Shown: in pieces, positions 34,654-47,900 of the stretch
Layout: each line of letters begins with the position of its first letter
Position numbering within the stretch: the first letter of the stretch is position 1
Source: Anthoceros angustus
Lineage: Eukaryota; Plantae; Anthocerotophyta
Assembly: GCA_010909165.1 (NCBI GenBank)
Contig: MU008194.1
Span: forward strand, 310,001 to 374,000
Direction of reading: 5' to 3'
Length of the DNA: 64,000 bases
The notes under the pieces: generated by a model
Told to the model about the DNA's origin: nothing
Database searches by the model: none
What the model saw: the letters and a program-made list of their open reading frames with translations, nothing else
Translations under genes and position numbers: made by a program

Positions 34654-37600
34654 TTAATGACGATCTCCACAAGAGCAAACCCCATCTACAAAATGGTGGA
34701 TTCGGTGTGCATCTCTGACTATGATCTCTCTCTTCTCTACTTTAGACATGGCCTTGGTTCCACTGTGACAATCGTTGCACATGCGGAGATTTTTTGTCAC
34801 TAGAAGGGTTGATCCATCTGGAGTGTTCAACAAACCATATGCTAGAGCCAATTTTTCAGCATGTCCACACAAGGCATCTTCCTTTCCTCCCTGTATCTCC
34901 AGCACCAGATCCGTGTGTGGGACATGACCACCTGCCTCCAACCGCAAATTCACACTCTTCAGCTTGGAGGAAATGTCATCCCTCTCGTCTCCCACAATAA
35001 AGGAGTGCACCTTGCTGTTCACCTCAATCCAGGCTCGGGCAGGCTTCTTGCATGCACCCGCGACCTTTCTTAGACTTTCCACCAGGTGCACATCTCTCCA
35101 CCTGCCAGCATTTGTGTAAATATCCGTCAGAAGCCCATATGCTGCGGCGTTCTGGGGCTCCAACTTCACTACATGATCAAAACATCGCCTTCCACGGTCT
35201 ACATCACTGTGGCTTCTGCATGAACTCAGCAAAGACATCCAACCCCCGATGTCGGTCACGAGTGACTCATTTTGCAACATGTTTTCTGCTTCCTCGAGGA
35301 AACCAGCACGCCCAAGAAGGTCAACCATGCACGTGTGATGATAGATAGATGGTGCGATACCATAGTCTTCCACCATCACCCTGAAGAACTGCAGGCCCTC
35401 GTTCACGAGGCCATCATGACAGCATGCCAGTAGAAGACAGAGAAAAGAAGCATCATCAGGGATAACTCCTTGCTCCTGCATGTCGTGAAAACACTGGATT
35501 GCCATCTGGGACTGGTTATGCTGAGCATACCCATTCACAAGAGCAGTCCAGGTCACTACATCCTTTGTGGGCAGTCTATTAAACACTTCACAAGCAGCCT
35601 GCAAGCTCCCACATTTTACATACATGTCCACCAGGCTGCTGCCAAGTTCACTCTCCAACCCCCTTTGCTTTATCTGGATATGAAGCTGTTGCCCCTGACA
35701 GAGAGCTCCAACACTGGCACATGCTTTAAGAAGACAAACCAACGTGACATGATCTGGTGTGACAGACTCATGTTGCATACATGCATAAAGGCTGAGGGCT
35801 TCTTGACCAAGCCCGTGCTGCACATACCCTGCAATCATCACATTCCATGTCACCAAGCTTCGTGGGGCTAGTCGATCAAACACTCTGCGGGCATCCTCTA
35901 AGTTGCCATGTTTTGCGTAGAGGTCCACTAGTGAGGTACCAAGAATCACATCCGCTTCCAGTCCTCCTTCTCGAATAAGCACATGGAGCTGCTTCCCAAG
36001 ATGCAAAGCTCCCACGCTTACACATGATTTTAGAGCGCAAACAAAAGTGACCTGATTAGGTGGGATTTGGCCTTCCGCCTGCATCCTTTTGTAAAGAACA
36101 AGGGCCTCTTGACCCAGGCCATGCTCAGCATAGCCTGCAATCATGCTATTCCATGTGACCACATCTCTAGTAGGCAATCGTTCAAACACTTTGCGAGCAT
36201 CCTCTAAATTACCACACTTGGTGTACATATCCACGAGGCAGTTGCCTACTGCAACATTACTGTCAAGTCCTCTTTTCTGAATCTGGAAATGCAGCTCCTT
36301 CCCCTCAGATAGTGCACCAATCTGTGTACATGCTTTCAGGACGGAGACAAATGTGACATGATTGGCTTGAGTAGTTCCCTCCTCCTGCATGATGCTGTAA
36401 AGAGCAAGAGCTTCTTTCCCAAAATTGTGCTGAGCATAACCTGTTATCAAGGCATTCCATGTTACCACATCTCGTGTAGGCAATCCGTCAAAAACCTTGC
36501 GTGCATCATCTAGGCTGCCACACTTTGCATACATGTCTATCAGGCAGTTGCCAAGAACAACATCAGTGGCGATCCCGCTTTTTTGAAGCTGAGAATGAAA
36601 ATACTCCCCTTCTTTCAAGCATCCCACAACAGCACACGCTTTCAAGAGGCAAACGAATGTAACATGATTGGCTCGAATGACTCTCTCCTTCTGCATACAC
36701 GAGTACAAATTAAGGGCCTGTTGAGCTAGTCCATGCTGAGCATATCCTGCAAGCATGGTGTTCCATGTCACTACGTTTCGGGTAGGCAAACTGTCAAATA
36801 CTCTTTGAGCATCATCTAAACTGCCACATTTTGCATACATGTCCACCAGGCTGTTGCCAACAAACAAATCGGGATCAACTGCACTTAGCAGAACATCACC
36901 ATGAACCTGCTTGCCAGCTTGCAAATCCCCTGCACTGGCACATGCTTTAAGGACTGCAGCAAAAATATGGTTGTTGGGCTGCACTCCCGACTGTCTCATC
37001 TGTTGATACAGCCTCATAGCCTGTTCAGGCTGGCCAATATCAGCATGTGCCACAATGATCGAAAACCACGAAAAGGCATTCCTAGTACCCAGTCTGTTAA
37101 AAACCTGCATCGCCTCCAGCAACTTTCCATGCGAGGCATACATCCGTATAATGTGATTGGCCACGAATGTATTCGAGACCCTTCCACTTTTGACAGCGAG
37201 GCAATGCACACGACTGCCCACAAGCACATCTTTCCTCACAGTACATCCCTTCAGAACACTGTAAAAGAGGGAATCTGGAATAAACGATCCTTGCCGTACC
37301 AGAAGGTCCAACTCTTCCACTGCCTCATTCAACCTGCAAAATCCAGATGACTTGTCACACACAACCAAGGAGCAAGATAACACCAAAGAAACAACCCAGT
37401 GGATGAGTCCGGGACCTCAAAAGCTCAAACTTGTCAGCTCCCTGGGATTCAGCAACCTGTCCGGATGCCCTACAGGAATCAACATACTGTGCTGATTTTT
37501 CTTCTACCCACAACGTCTGCGGGTCAACCCAGATCACTTCCCCCGTTCTATGCCCAAAATCCGACCTCTTGACCCACCACCGTGAAGAATCGCCCACAAG

Positions 37601-37870
37601 CTCTACCCACACAGGCCTCGCAATTGGATCCACTGCAAGCCAGCTACACCAATTTGAGAGCTTCTCAAATTCAAATCCAGCAGACAGGTACCAAATGGGT
37701 GAAATTATCCAGCATACATCCAGCAACTTACAGTAACTCTTTGCAGATAGCCGTTGCCCCGTCTCGCTCTGCAAAGATGATATATGTCTGACCCAGTAAT
37801 CCAAATGTCTCGACACAGTCGATTTCCTGCGAAGCAGACTCAACACGGCCACATTGCTTCGACGCGTCAT
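34654..37870 (-). CDS. PLS-class PPR protein with E1-E2 and a DYW:KP-type deaminase domain ending in DRH (candidate U-to-C organellar RNA editing factor); 2 exons (37870-37416, 37333-34654)
   Basis: About 20 PPR motifs (L-S-P triplets then P2-L2-S2), E1, E2, then KPARAWIEVN...GHAEKLALAYGL...NLRMCNDCH...HHFVDGVCSCGDRH*. A GT-AG intron joins an R/S-rich N-terminal exon in frame. Confidence 0.93.
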
Positions 37871-38128
37871 TGGGCCAAGGGCTCAAATCATGCTCCATCA
37901 TCAGTCCATTCGCTCTGGGGCCTACTATGGTTACTACTTATCTCGGAGTTGGATGTTAAGTATGGTATAAATATCTTGGGTTAGGTCACGCGAAATTCTG
38001 AGCCCTAAGCACCGAGCCCGAAGACCATCAAAGGTCTATATGTGCAACCCTTATCTCCCTTTTACCTTGTGAAGTCTGCTGCGCCCCATTTCGTCCTCGC
38101 CATCGCCGCGGACACCGTCGCTTCCACC

Positions 38129-39010
<882 letters not shown>

Positions 39011-39378
39011 GTTGGGTGGCTCGAAACCAGCGGGGAGCAATTTAGGGTTAGTCTGGGGGTGCCTCCAAGGCCCAAAGGAACCTATAGCCATGAGAATCTC
39101 TCAGTGAGAGAATCTGTGTGTTAATTTTGCCAATTGCTGAGTTTTTATTAATTAGTTGTCGGCATCATCGTCCATGTGATCACCGTGGTTCCTGTTATTT
39201 GATTTTAGCCTTGAGTCTCGCCTCGTTTTCTTCCGATCGATTGAAGCGACTTATTTCCACACGCAAGAAAAATTTCTGATCTCGCAGTACGCCAATATCG
39301 AAATCGAAAACGAATTGACTTTCAATCCATCGACGGTCACTCCAGGCCGTCGTCATTTAGTCTGTAGCTGTCTGTGAA

Positions 39379-42152
39379 ATGGGATCCTTGGCTGCCATGG
39401 ATGCAGTCGGTTGGCGGGCGTTCTTCAGTTGTCCGCGTGGATTCGGTCGAGCTGAAGGAGCGGAATTTACCACCAGACTGAGGTTGCGGGCAGAAGGCTT
39501 GGATGTGCTCTGCTGCGTGGTAACAGAACGGACAACGAAGAGGAGGGGACTTAAGCCTGTGCGCAAGCTGAACAATCAAGGGCTTCCGAGGACTCCACTG
39601 GCGGGCCGTTCGGAGAGGAAGAATGCAGCTCCCCGGGATGAAAAGACGGAAGTCAGTAGCTTGGCGGACCTCATTTTGGCCATCCAGCACAAAGCTGATG
39701 TTAGGAGTGCCTTGGATCCCTGGATTGAGAAGCTGTCGCTGCAGCAATGGAACAAGGTGGTGAACAATGTCGGTAACAAGCACTGGACGCACGCTATGGA
39801 GGTGTTCCAGGTGCTGAAGGAGAGGAGCCAGTTCTTGAAACCAGGCGTGGACCGGTATGAGTTGAATTTGCTGGAGGCGTACACATGTATGGCCGGGGTG
39901 CTCGGCAAGCAGGGCAGAGTTGAGGAGACGGAGGTGCTGGTGGAGGAGTTGAGAGCGGCGAGTGTGAAAGCAGACACGTATTTCTACAATGCTTTGTTAG
40001 GAGCCTATGCGATGAGGGGCTTGGCGATGAAAGTCTCTGAAGTTCTGCTGGAGATGGACCGCTCGGGCATCCAGCGGGATTATGTGACGCATGAGAGGGT
40101 GTGAGACCTAAAACAGACCGGATCGATCTCTTGTCGTTGTCGCTTGGACTGTTTGTCTCATAGATAGCTGTGACATTCTTGCTGTGAGATTTTGAGGATG
40201 TTACGTTGGTTTGCAGCTGCTGGTGGCGCACTTGAATGCAGAAGAACAGCAATTACAAAGTGCACTGAAAGTCCTCCGAGACATGAATGAGAAGGGACTT
40301 CAGGTTTCGGCCAGAACTTTTACACAGCTCATTGATGCCTGTTGCAGCAATGGCGATACAGGTTCTGCTACAGATATCTTTGTGGCTATGAGAGCTGCCA
40401 GGCATGCTCCTCACATGAAGGTTACTTTCTTGCGCCTTTCTTGTATCTCTTAGCGCCTTGAAAGGGAGTTTCACCTCAATTATCAGTGGACATAGATAAT
40501 GCGCTTGAATGGTTGTAGTGAGCTGCGAGGTGCTGACCATGAGGCAGCATTGTGCAGGTTGCGGCTCATTGATTGCATCATTGTGTGCTATTTATAATTC
40601 TCCATTTTCTAGCTCATGGAATGTTCCCGTCGGTCACCTTATCAGATGTGGAGCAAGCTGATGCAACTGTATGGTTCTAAAGGGGACTATGCAAGAGCCG
40701 AGGAGTTAATGGGCATGCTAATTGCTGATGGGATTCCACCTACAGCCAATCTGTATGACAACTTCCTACTTGCTTACGCCGTGGCAGATGCTCGCGATCA
40801 AGCTTTCAGTGTCTTTCGCGAGTATAAAGGGGTATGTGTTGTTCGGATAAAGTATTTCCATCGCAGTTTTCATCGCAAAACTCAGTGAAGTTACCGATGT
40901 TGTCATGTGGCAGGTAACCAAACCAACACTGATGGCCTATAACATCTTGATTGATTTATGTGGCAAAGGTGGTCTGGCGTCAGAATCTGTGAAGCTGTTT
41001 TCTGAGGCTTCTGATTCTAATTTAAGACCAAACACTGTAACTTACACAACAATGATAAACGCATTGACTAGGGTAGGAATGTACAAGGAATTGGATGACA
41101 TTGTTGAGAAAATGACAAAGAACAATGTTATCCCCAATATCCTGACTTACACCTCTCTCATTCATGCGCACACAGCCCGTGGCTGGACCAAGAAAGGGCA
41201 CGCGGTAAGCTGGTTAGTCTGTCCTTGGATCTAGACGTATGCGCAAACCGTCACGTTTGTACGCAATCCTGACAGCATGAATTTGTCTTTCCAGGTTTAT
41301 GGAGAACTCAAGAAATCAGGGTGTAGTGTAACTGTAACTTGCTACGGGGCACTGCTTTCTATGTACGTCTCTGGTGGGTGGTATTCGAGTGCAGCTGAAA
41401 TCTTGACAGAAATGGAGAGCAAAGGGATGGAACCAGACTCTGCTGGGTATGCTGCATTAACCGCAGCATATGGAAAGGTTGGAAGTGAAGTAGCTCCTTT
41501 GGCCAGAGCAATGAAAGGGAGCAACTTGGAATTTTGCAGGTTATTGCACCAGTTGCTTGTCGTTCCACACAAGAGTGTGGATACGGAGGCAGATGTTGGG
41601 GGTGCAGACACTAGTTGGAATCAAGCTCTCAATCTTCTGGAGAAGTGGGTAGCTAGAAGGACGGAAGAGGAAAACTGCTCAATGCATAATGCCATCACCG
41701 ACGTTCTGTGGAAGCAAGGGTTAACAGCAAAGGCAAAGATGGTTGTGCTTCGAGTTCGGAGTTTGTTTCACTGGTACAAGCTCCCGTCCTTCACTGAGAC
41801 AAAGTGGCTGTTGGATGTGAGATGCTTGTCTACAGGAGCAGCCCATGTGGCCATCTTGGACTGGCTAGAGGAAGCCTGTAGCCAAGCAGCAAACCGTGCA
41901 AGTGCAGGAAAAATGGTAATAATTACTGGAAGGTCAGGTGCTGAAGCTGACGAAAAGGTCAGGGAGAACTCAAAGCATGGTAAGGCCACGAGGAAGCAGC
42001 CTCCTCTTTCCAAAAGGGCGGCTATCGCCTCCACGCTGAAGGAAGTAGCCTCCCCATTCGTCGCCAACCCTTATGGAGAACTAGAAGCGAAGGCTGCAGA
42101 CGTCATAGAATGGTGGTCCGGGAGCACCAAGAGCTTTGGCAATGGGGATTAA
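39379..42152 (+). CDS. P-class PPR protein with a C-terminal SMR domain, multi-exon
   Basis: P motifs (AYTCMAGVLGKQGR, FYNALLGAYA, TYTTMINAL, CYGALLSMY) and SMR-like WLLDVRCLSTGAAHVAILDWL...MVIITGRSG. Exon boundaries not all resolved. Confidence 0.85.
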
Positions 42153-42698
42153 ATTTTTTGGCAGAGTAGTTTCAAAGAGACTTTTAATTTGCCGAATGGC
42201 GGTTTTGTTTCCGTTGTGAGAAGGGCTAGTCATGTCAGGTTCACCAAAGGGCGTCCTCTAAATTTTTAACATTGGAGGCTTCATTCCATAGGCAGCAAGT
42301 TTCTGGATTCGCCTTACCCTGCTGGGAAGCCAAACTCTAGTGGTAGACGGACTACTTCAACTCAGATACAGACAGATTTGGGTTCCCTCCGACGTAGTCC
42401 AAATGAATTTATTTGCTTCAAGTCCAAGAACAGGCTCCTGCGATGTGAGGTCAGGCCTGCACACAAGCAATGGCAGGAACCCAACGGAGTCCGCATCAGC
42501 AGCCAGTTCAGCTGACGGTCTCAATAAGTTGACGCTGTTGCTGATCTCGTTCTGCGGATGACCTCTTTCTGCTGATGATCCCTTTCTGCTTCGGCTCTTT
42601 GGTAGAGTCTGCGTAGCTGGCTTGCAGGGCGGAAGCAATCAGGGATGAACAAAGCGTCGAACGGAGACAGCAGGCGGCGGGGACCAAGCCACGAGGAG

Positions 42699-43582
42699 CT
42701 AGACCTTCCCCCCGAAGTACCTCCGCAATCGGCCAGGCTGGGATCTGCTGCTACTGCTGTCCTGGAAAGAAGAGGATGCGGCAACCAGGCCGGGATCATG
42801 AGGATCTGCTACAGCTTGTGCACGGACGTGGCGCTGCCCGTCCTTCCATCCCAAGTTTCGAGCCCGCTGCTCCCACTGCGCAGCCAGCTTCCGGAACAGG
42901 AGCAAGGCAGCTTCCGCGCGCTCTCTGGCCTCCTCGCTGGTCTCCATCCCTATGTTGCATTTCTCCGCCTCCTTCTGGTACTGCGACGCGAGCTTCTTCG
43001 CGTCAAGGAAGGCGGAGTCGGAGCGTTCCTGGTTGTCCGCCGCCACTTTCTCCTGCAGCACCAGCTCCTCCTCCAGCAGCTGCACCTTGCTGGACCACAG
43101 CTCGCGCTGCGCCTCCGGGAAATCGCCGCCGCAATCTGTAGCCCCAAGCCGACCTAAGCCGCATCAGCCCGAGGCTGGCTCAGCACAAGCACAAGAAGAA
43201 GGCACAAAGCAACATCAGCTGTACCTGCGAGGGAGACGTTCCCCGGCCCTCCTGCACCAACCAGGGAAGTAGCCGCATCAGAAGCAGGCACCGGCACGGA
43301 GTGCGGCCGATCGGCGAAAAGGCAGGCGGGTCAGGCAGTACCGGGGTCGGAGAAGGCGGAGTGGGAGTCGGCCACAGAGTCGCATTCGCATGCGCGGCAG
43401 GCGCGGCAAGCGCGGCAGTGGGTGGAGCTGGAGCTGGATGACGCGGCTTCCAGCTGCTCCGCGAAATGCCAGTACAGCGGCGGCCCCAGAACGTAGAAGC
43501 CTAAGCCGGCTGCCAGCAGGCACATGAGGAGCTTGAGGCGGGCAGGCGTGATGCTGCAGCCGGGGCCCTGCTGCTGGCCCAT
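42699..43582 (-). CDS. DUF1068 family protein, 2 exons (43582-43342, 43135-42699)
   Basis: LGFYVLGPPLYWHF, C..C..C.CD, LLEEELVLQE, LDAKKLASQYQKEAEKCNIGMETSEEARERAEAAL...QWEQRARNLGWK. Confidence 0.88.
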
Positions 43583-43919
43583 CCTTCCCCTCGTCTCCGA
43601 CTCCTGCTTGCGCGCGGCACCTCAATTGACAACCAGGGCATCGGGCATTGGGCGCCAGGGCCCAGCCCCCGAGATGCTGTGCGCGCCTGCTAGATCTGGG
43701 CAGCGCGTGTTCTGCCTTACCCCGGCCTTCCTCCTGCCTTCGTCCTGCGTCCGCATGCCCATGGCCTCCTTTTCTCCACCTGGGATTTCACTAGCTTTTC
43801 CAAGTGTTAAAAACGGGTGCATAGGTAGACTATTACAGTTCAGCCTTTGCGTCCTTCAACCGACGTTACATATGGAATACCGTTCTCGTCACCAGATCAG
43901 GAGAAAACGCTGTTGTGAC

Positions 43920-44558
43920 TGTGCAAGGATAAGAACGAAATAACAAGGGGGATGTTTTGTGTGGTGTGAATGAAGCTTTCTATTCTGATAGCAAGGGACC
44001 TCTGCAACAACGCCTCTTGGAGCCAATACATAGGATTCCGATGGGCATCCACAGTTTAAAGTAGGGCCAACTTTAGAAAAGGACTCGCTACAAATAGCGG
44101 CCATTGTAATGGAAGGGGCATTCGATGGACGGGGCGGAGTCCCCTTGCTCCGCTGAGCTTCTAAGCTCTTGTGCCTTGACCCTACCAGCATTCTAGCTTG
44201 GTAGTTCTTGTGTGTTCGAGTCATATGCTTTGTGTTCTCTGAGGACTTGATTCTTGGCGATCGGTCGTGCAATTCCATCTGTATGTATGTATGGTGCGGG
44301 ACTCGGTGAGCGCAAAGACTAGGCCACATCAAGTCGCGGACGCCTTCCCCGGCCACACGGTGACATCAGAGCGGCAAGCCACACGTCCCCATAGTCGACT
44401 CACGCCCAGCCTGGCCCCGACATAGGAAGAGGTCATTCGTCACCACCGCTCAATAGGAAAGTCCATGGAGCATCTCGAATGTGAGACCGGTTACAAGTAG
44501 AAGGGTAGGGATCTCCCTCTTGGGGTGGGCTGCTACCTCAAGGAAACAGTATTTAACA
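43920..44558 (+). repeat. 5' LTR of element 2
   Basis: Direct repeat of 52187-52829. Confidence 0.88.
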
Positions 44559-44945
44559 TTTGGCACCGTGACGTGTCCACGATAGCAAGCGGTGTGTGGG
44601 TAGATTTTGCGTTGTGCATACACCACGACTACCACATCCCTTGGGTATCATACACGTTCAACCAGCTTTCAAGATTGCTTAGTCCTAGTATGAGGAATGC
44701 TTCAACCGACAAATAGGAATAGGCGGGAGGTAGTAGAAGGTGACCATAAAAGAAATGATTGCTTTCTTGCAAGATACGTCTTCCTTTTGGTTTTCCCCAA
44801 CTCCCTCTATCATATCGGTTCCTCTTTCTTGCAAGGATAGTCAAAGAGTCCGCCGAAAGTGTGAGTTGTTAGAAACCACTGTCCCGAAGTAGCTTGTGGA
44901 CATGGGGGATATTGTGGTCTGAAGCCCGGTCTTGACCCCAATACC

Positions 44946-47900
44946 TTGCCACGATACTATGGGTCCCCAAATGAAGATCCCGAACATCCGTGGTTGTTCA
45001 AGAAGGTTTTAAAAGCTCGCTTGATGGGAACAGAAAAAAAGTACTTGAAGTATTTCCCGGCATCTCTGCAAGGGGAGTCCGAAGTATGGTATGAGACATT
45101 GGAGGATGAGCTTCGTGTTGATTGGAGTGCCCTGTGTGTTGCCTTCTTAACCAAGTTCCGAAGTGAGTCTTTCCACAAGGACTGTAAAGATCAGCTTGAT
45201 TACCTGTATCAGGAAAGTCGTGAATCCATCGCAACATATGTGGAGCGGACGAGGACAGTGAAGAAGCTAGGCTACACAAAGGAAGGCGGAAAACTCAAGA
45301 AGGTGAAGCGGAAGTTCATACATGGCTTAAGAAATGAGTTTTACACCACCGGATGGAAGATGAAGAGAGGACCTTGGATGATGTCATTGAGCTAGCCATG
45401 AAAAAGCAAAGTTTCCTCACGTGCAGGGCCAAGTAAGCCTGCCGAGAACGCCATCGTGGCGAGCCATTCGCGGACTCGGATCCTTCATCGTCCGAGAGCC
45501 CCATTCGAGCGCCATCTCAAACGAAAAAACCACAAGATGAAGAAATCGAAGGAGGACCCCGGCTATGATGTCAAAGAGAGTGAACGAGTTGGAGGCCATG
45601 ATCACGAGGATGGCGGTCGGGAAGACACATGAGCCGCAACAATGAAGCCCGTGAACCATGCAAGAAGTGTGGATCTCAACACACTACAGGTTGTGCATGA
45701 ACACACCATGTGTTAGCTGCGGGAGCATGGCCACATAGAGTGGAGATGTCCTAAGAACTCGCGTGAGGCAGGGGTCGAGGAGGTGCACCACGAGGTCGTG
45801 GTCGAGGTACCGCTCAAACCTATAGGCCAGACAACTGGGGAAACCCCGTTGGCCCACCGCTGCCAGAAGAGGAGATTGTCGTTCGAGGAGTCTTCACCGA
45901 AGCTTGCATGCCAACAAAGGCAACCATCGAGGCTTCCGTGCTAGCTGCGGTGGCAGAAAACGCTCTCGATCCGAAGATGACTATACAAAAAAGGCGAAAC
46001 AACAAAGGAAAGAAGGAAGTGTGGCGGGGCCGAAATAGAGATGGAAGACATCGGCTCTTGAGAAGCCTAAGAGGCGAAGAAAGGAGCAGTTGTTCCTCCA
46101 ATTGCCGTGGTGCACCATACTCACTTGTGGAAGATCTTGCAGATAGAGTAAAGATGACATTCAGCTCGATCCTCCTGCAGACGACGAGAGATCACCGCCT
46201 TAAGTACTCGAGTTGAAGCACAAGAAAGGAAAGGCTAAGCTAAAGGGAAGTTGCCACAACATGAATGGCGAAATCCCGACTCATCAAACCGACCAATTGG
46301 ATGGCTCATAAAAATGACTCACCGTGAACGCTTGGATCAATGAGGTCGAGGTCCCGCCGTCGTGGATGGAGGGTCATCTACGAACTTGATCAATGCCGCT
46401 TGGCTTGAAGATCTTGGTCTAGGTACCACCCGCAAACTAGCATGTAAGCAAGTCTTGAGATGCGTCAATACAAAGCTCCTGTGGTGGGGTCCCGAAAACA
46501 TCAAGGTTGTTGTTCACGGAGTAAGAGTATGGATAGGTTTCACCGTGTGGAACTTCCCGAGCATATGGTGTCATCCTAGGCCAACCATGGTTAGAGTTAG
46601 TGAAAGCCGATCCCGGATCTGGAATCACGGAAATTGGCCCGCACAAGTTCGAGATCAAGGCATGGCAGCGAGGAGTTCAACATGACAAGTAGCACCTCTG
46701 AAACAGGATCTGAAGCCTCTGTATATGGTGATAGTGGTTCGAACCAGGAGGTGGATTTCACCAGCGAAGCATTCAACAGTGAACCAGAGACACTCCACAT
46801 CCTATCCATTCGATTGGCCCAGGATAAGCTCAAACCTGCATACAGCATCCAACATCCCGACTTGAAGGAATTGAAGTTTTCTGGAGCCAACGGTGTTGAG
46901 AAAGTTGCCAAAGTTGGTACAGACGTTGAAGGAGATGAACTTGAGCGTTACAGGAATCTTTTCTCCAGATATGAACACTTGTTCATCCGAGAAATGCCAA
47001 CTACGAACCTACGCAAGTTCAAAATCGATATCCTCGCACAAAACCAAGGGTGTAACTAAGGCGGTTGTCAGCACGGAGAGGTACGGAAGAAGTAATGAGG
47101 TTGAAAGCTGGATGCATAGAAGCGGTGCAATATCCAGTGGGTATCCCCGATAGTAATTTCGATGAAGAAGAATGGGAAAATTAGGATGTGTGTCGACTTC
47201 CGGGAGTTAAACAAAGCCACAAGGAAGGACATTTCCTTCCTCATGTGGATGAGATCTTGGATGAGGTTTCGTCACGAGACATACTCTTTCTGCGATGGTT
47301 ATTCGATTTCATCAGTCGCTATCTCTGAAGAAGATCACCAAGATCGCTTTTGTGACACCATGGGGTGTGTTCATGTACAAGGTAATGCCTTTCGGCCTTT
47401 CGCGCCATCTTGTTTCGAAGTCATGATGGAGGCTCACAGGCACCACAGAGGAAGTTCCTACGTGTCTTCTTAGATGACTTTGCCGTGTATGGGAGAAGAG
47501 GCGATCATCCAGAAACTTGGAGGAAGTGTTCTCCAGACCTAGCAAATATCGGGTTAAATCCTTGAAGTGCATATTTCTTTTAGTGAAGGAACTTTTGGGG
47601 TTCATGATTGATTCCAAAGGTGTACATGCGAACTGGGAAGATCAAAGTTTCGGCCAAGGCCCGGCCTTAGCATAGAGGAAGTAAGATCATTTGTACAGCA
47701 AGTTACAGGAGGTTAATACCCAATTTCACAGGTAGGCACCTCCGCATAAATCCACGGAAGAAGTAATGAGGTTGAAAGCTGGATGCATAGAAGCGGTGCA
47801 ATATCCGGAGTGGGTATCCCCGATAGTAATTTCGATGAAGAAGAATGGGAAAATTAGGATGTGTGTCGACTTGAGTTAAACAAAGCCACGAAGGACATTT

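Noticed and set aside
43805-43811. TGTTAAA as an alternative 5' LTR start (inverted match to TTTAACA)
   Set aside because: 43805-43919 has no counterpart before the 3' LTR and gives no TSD.
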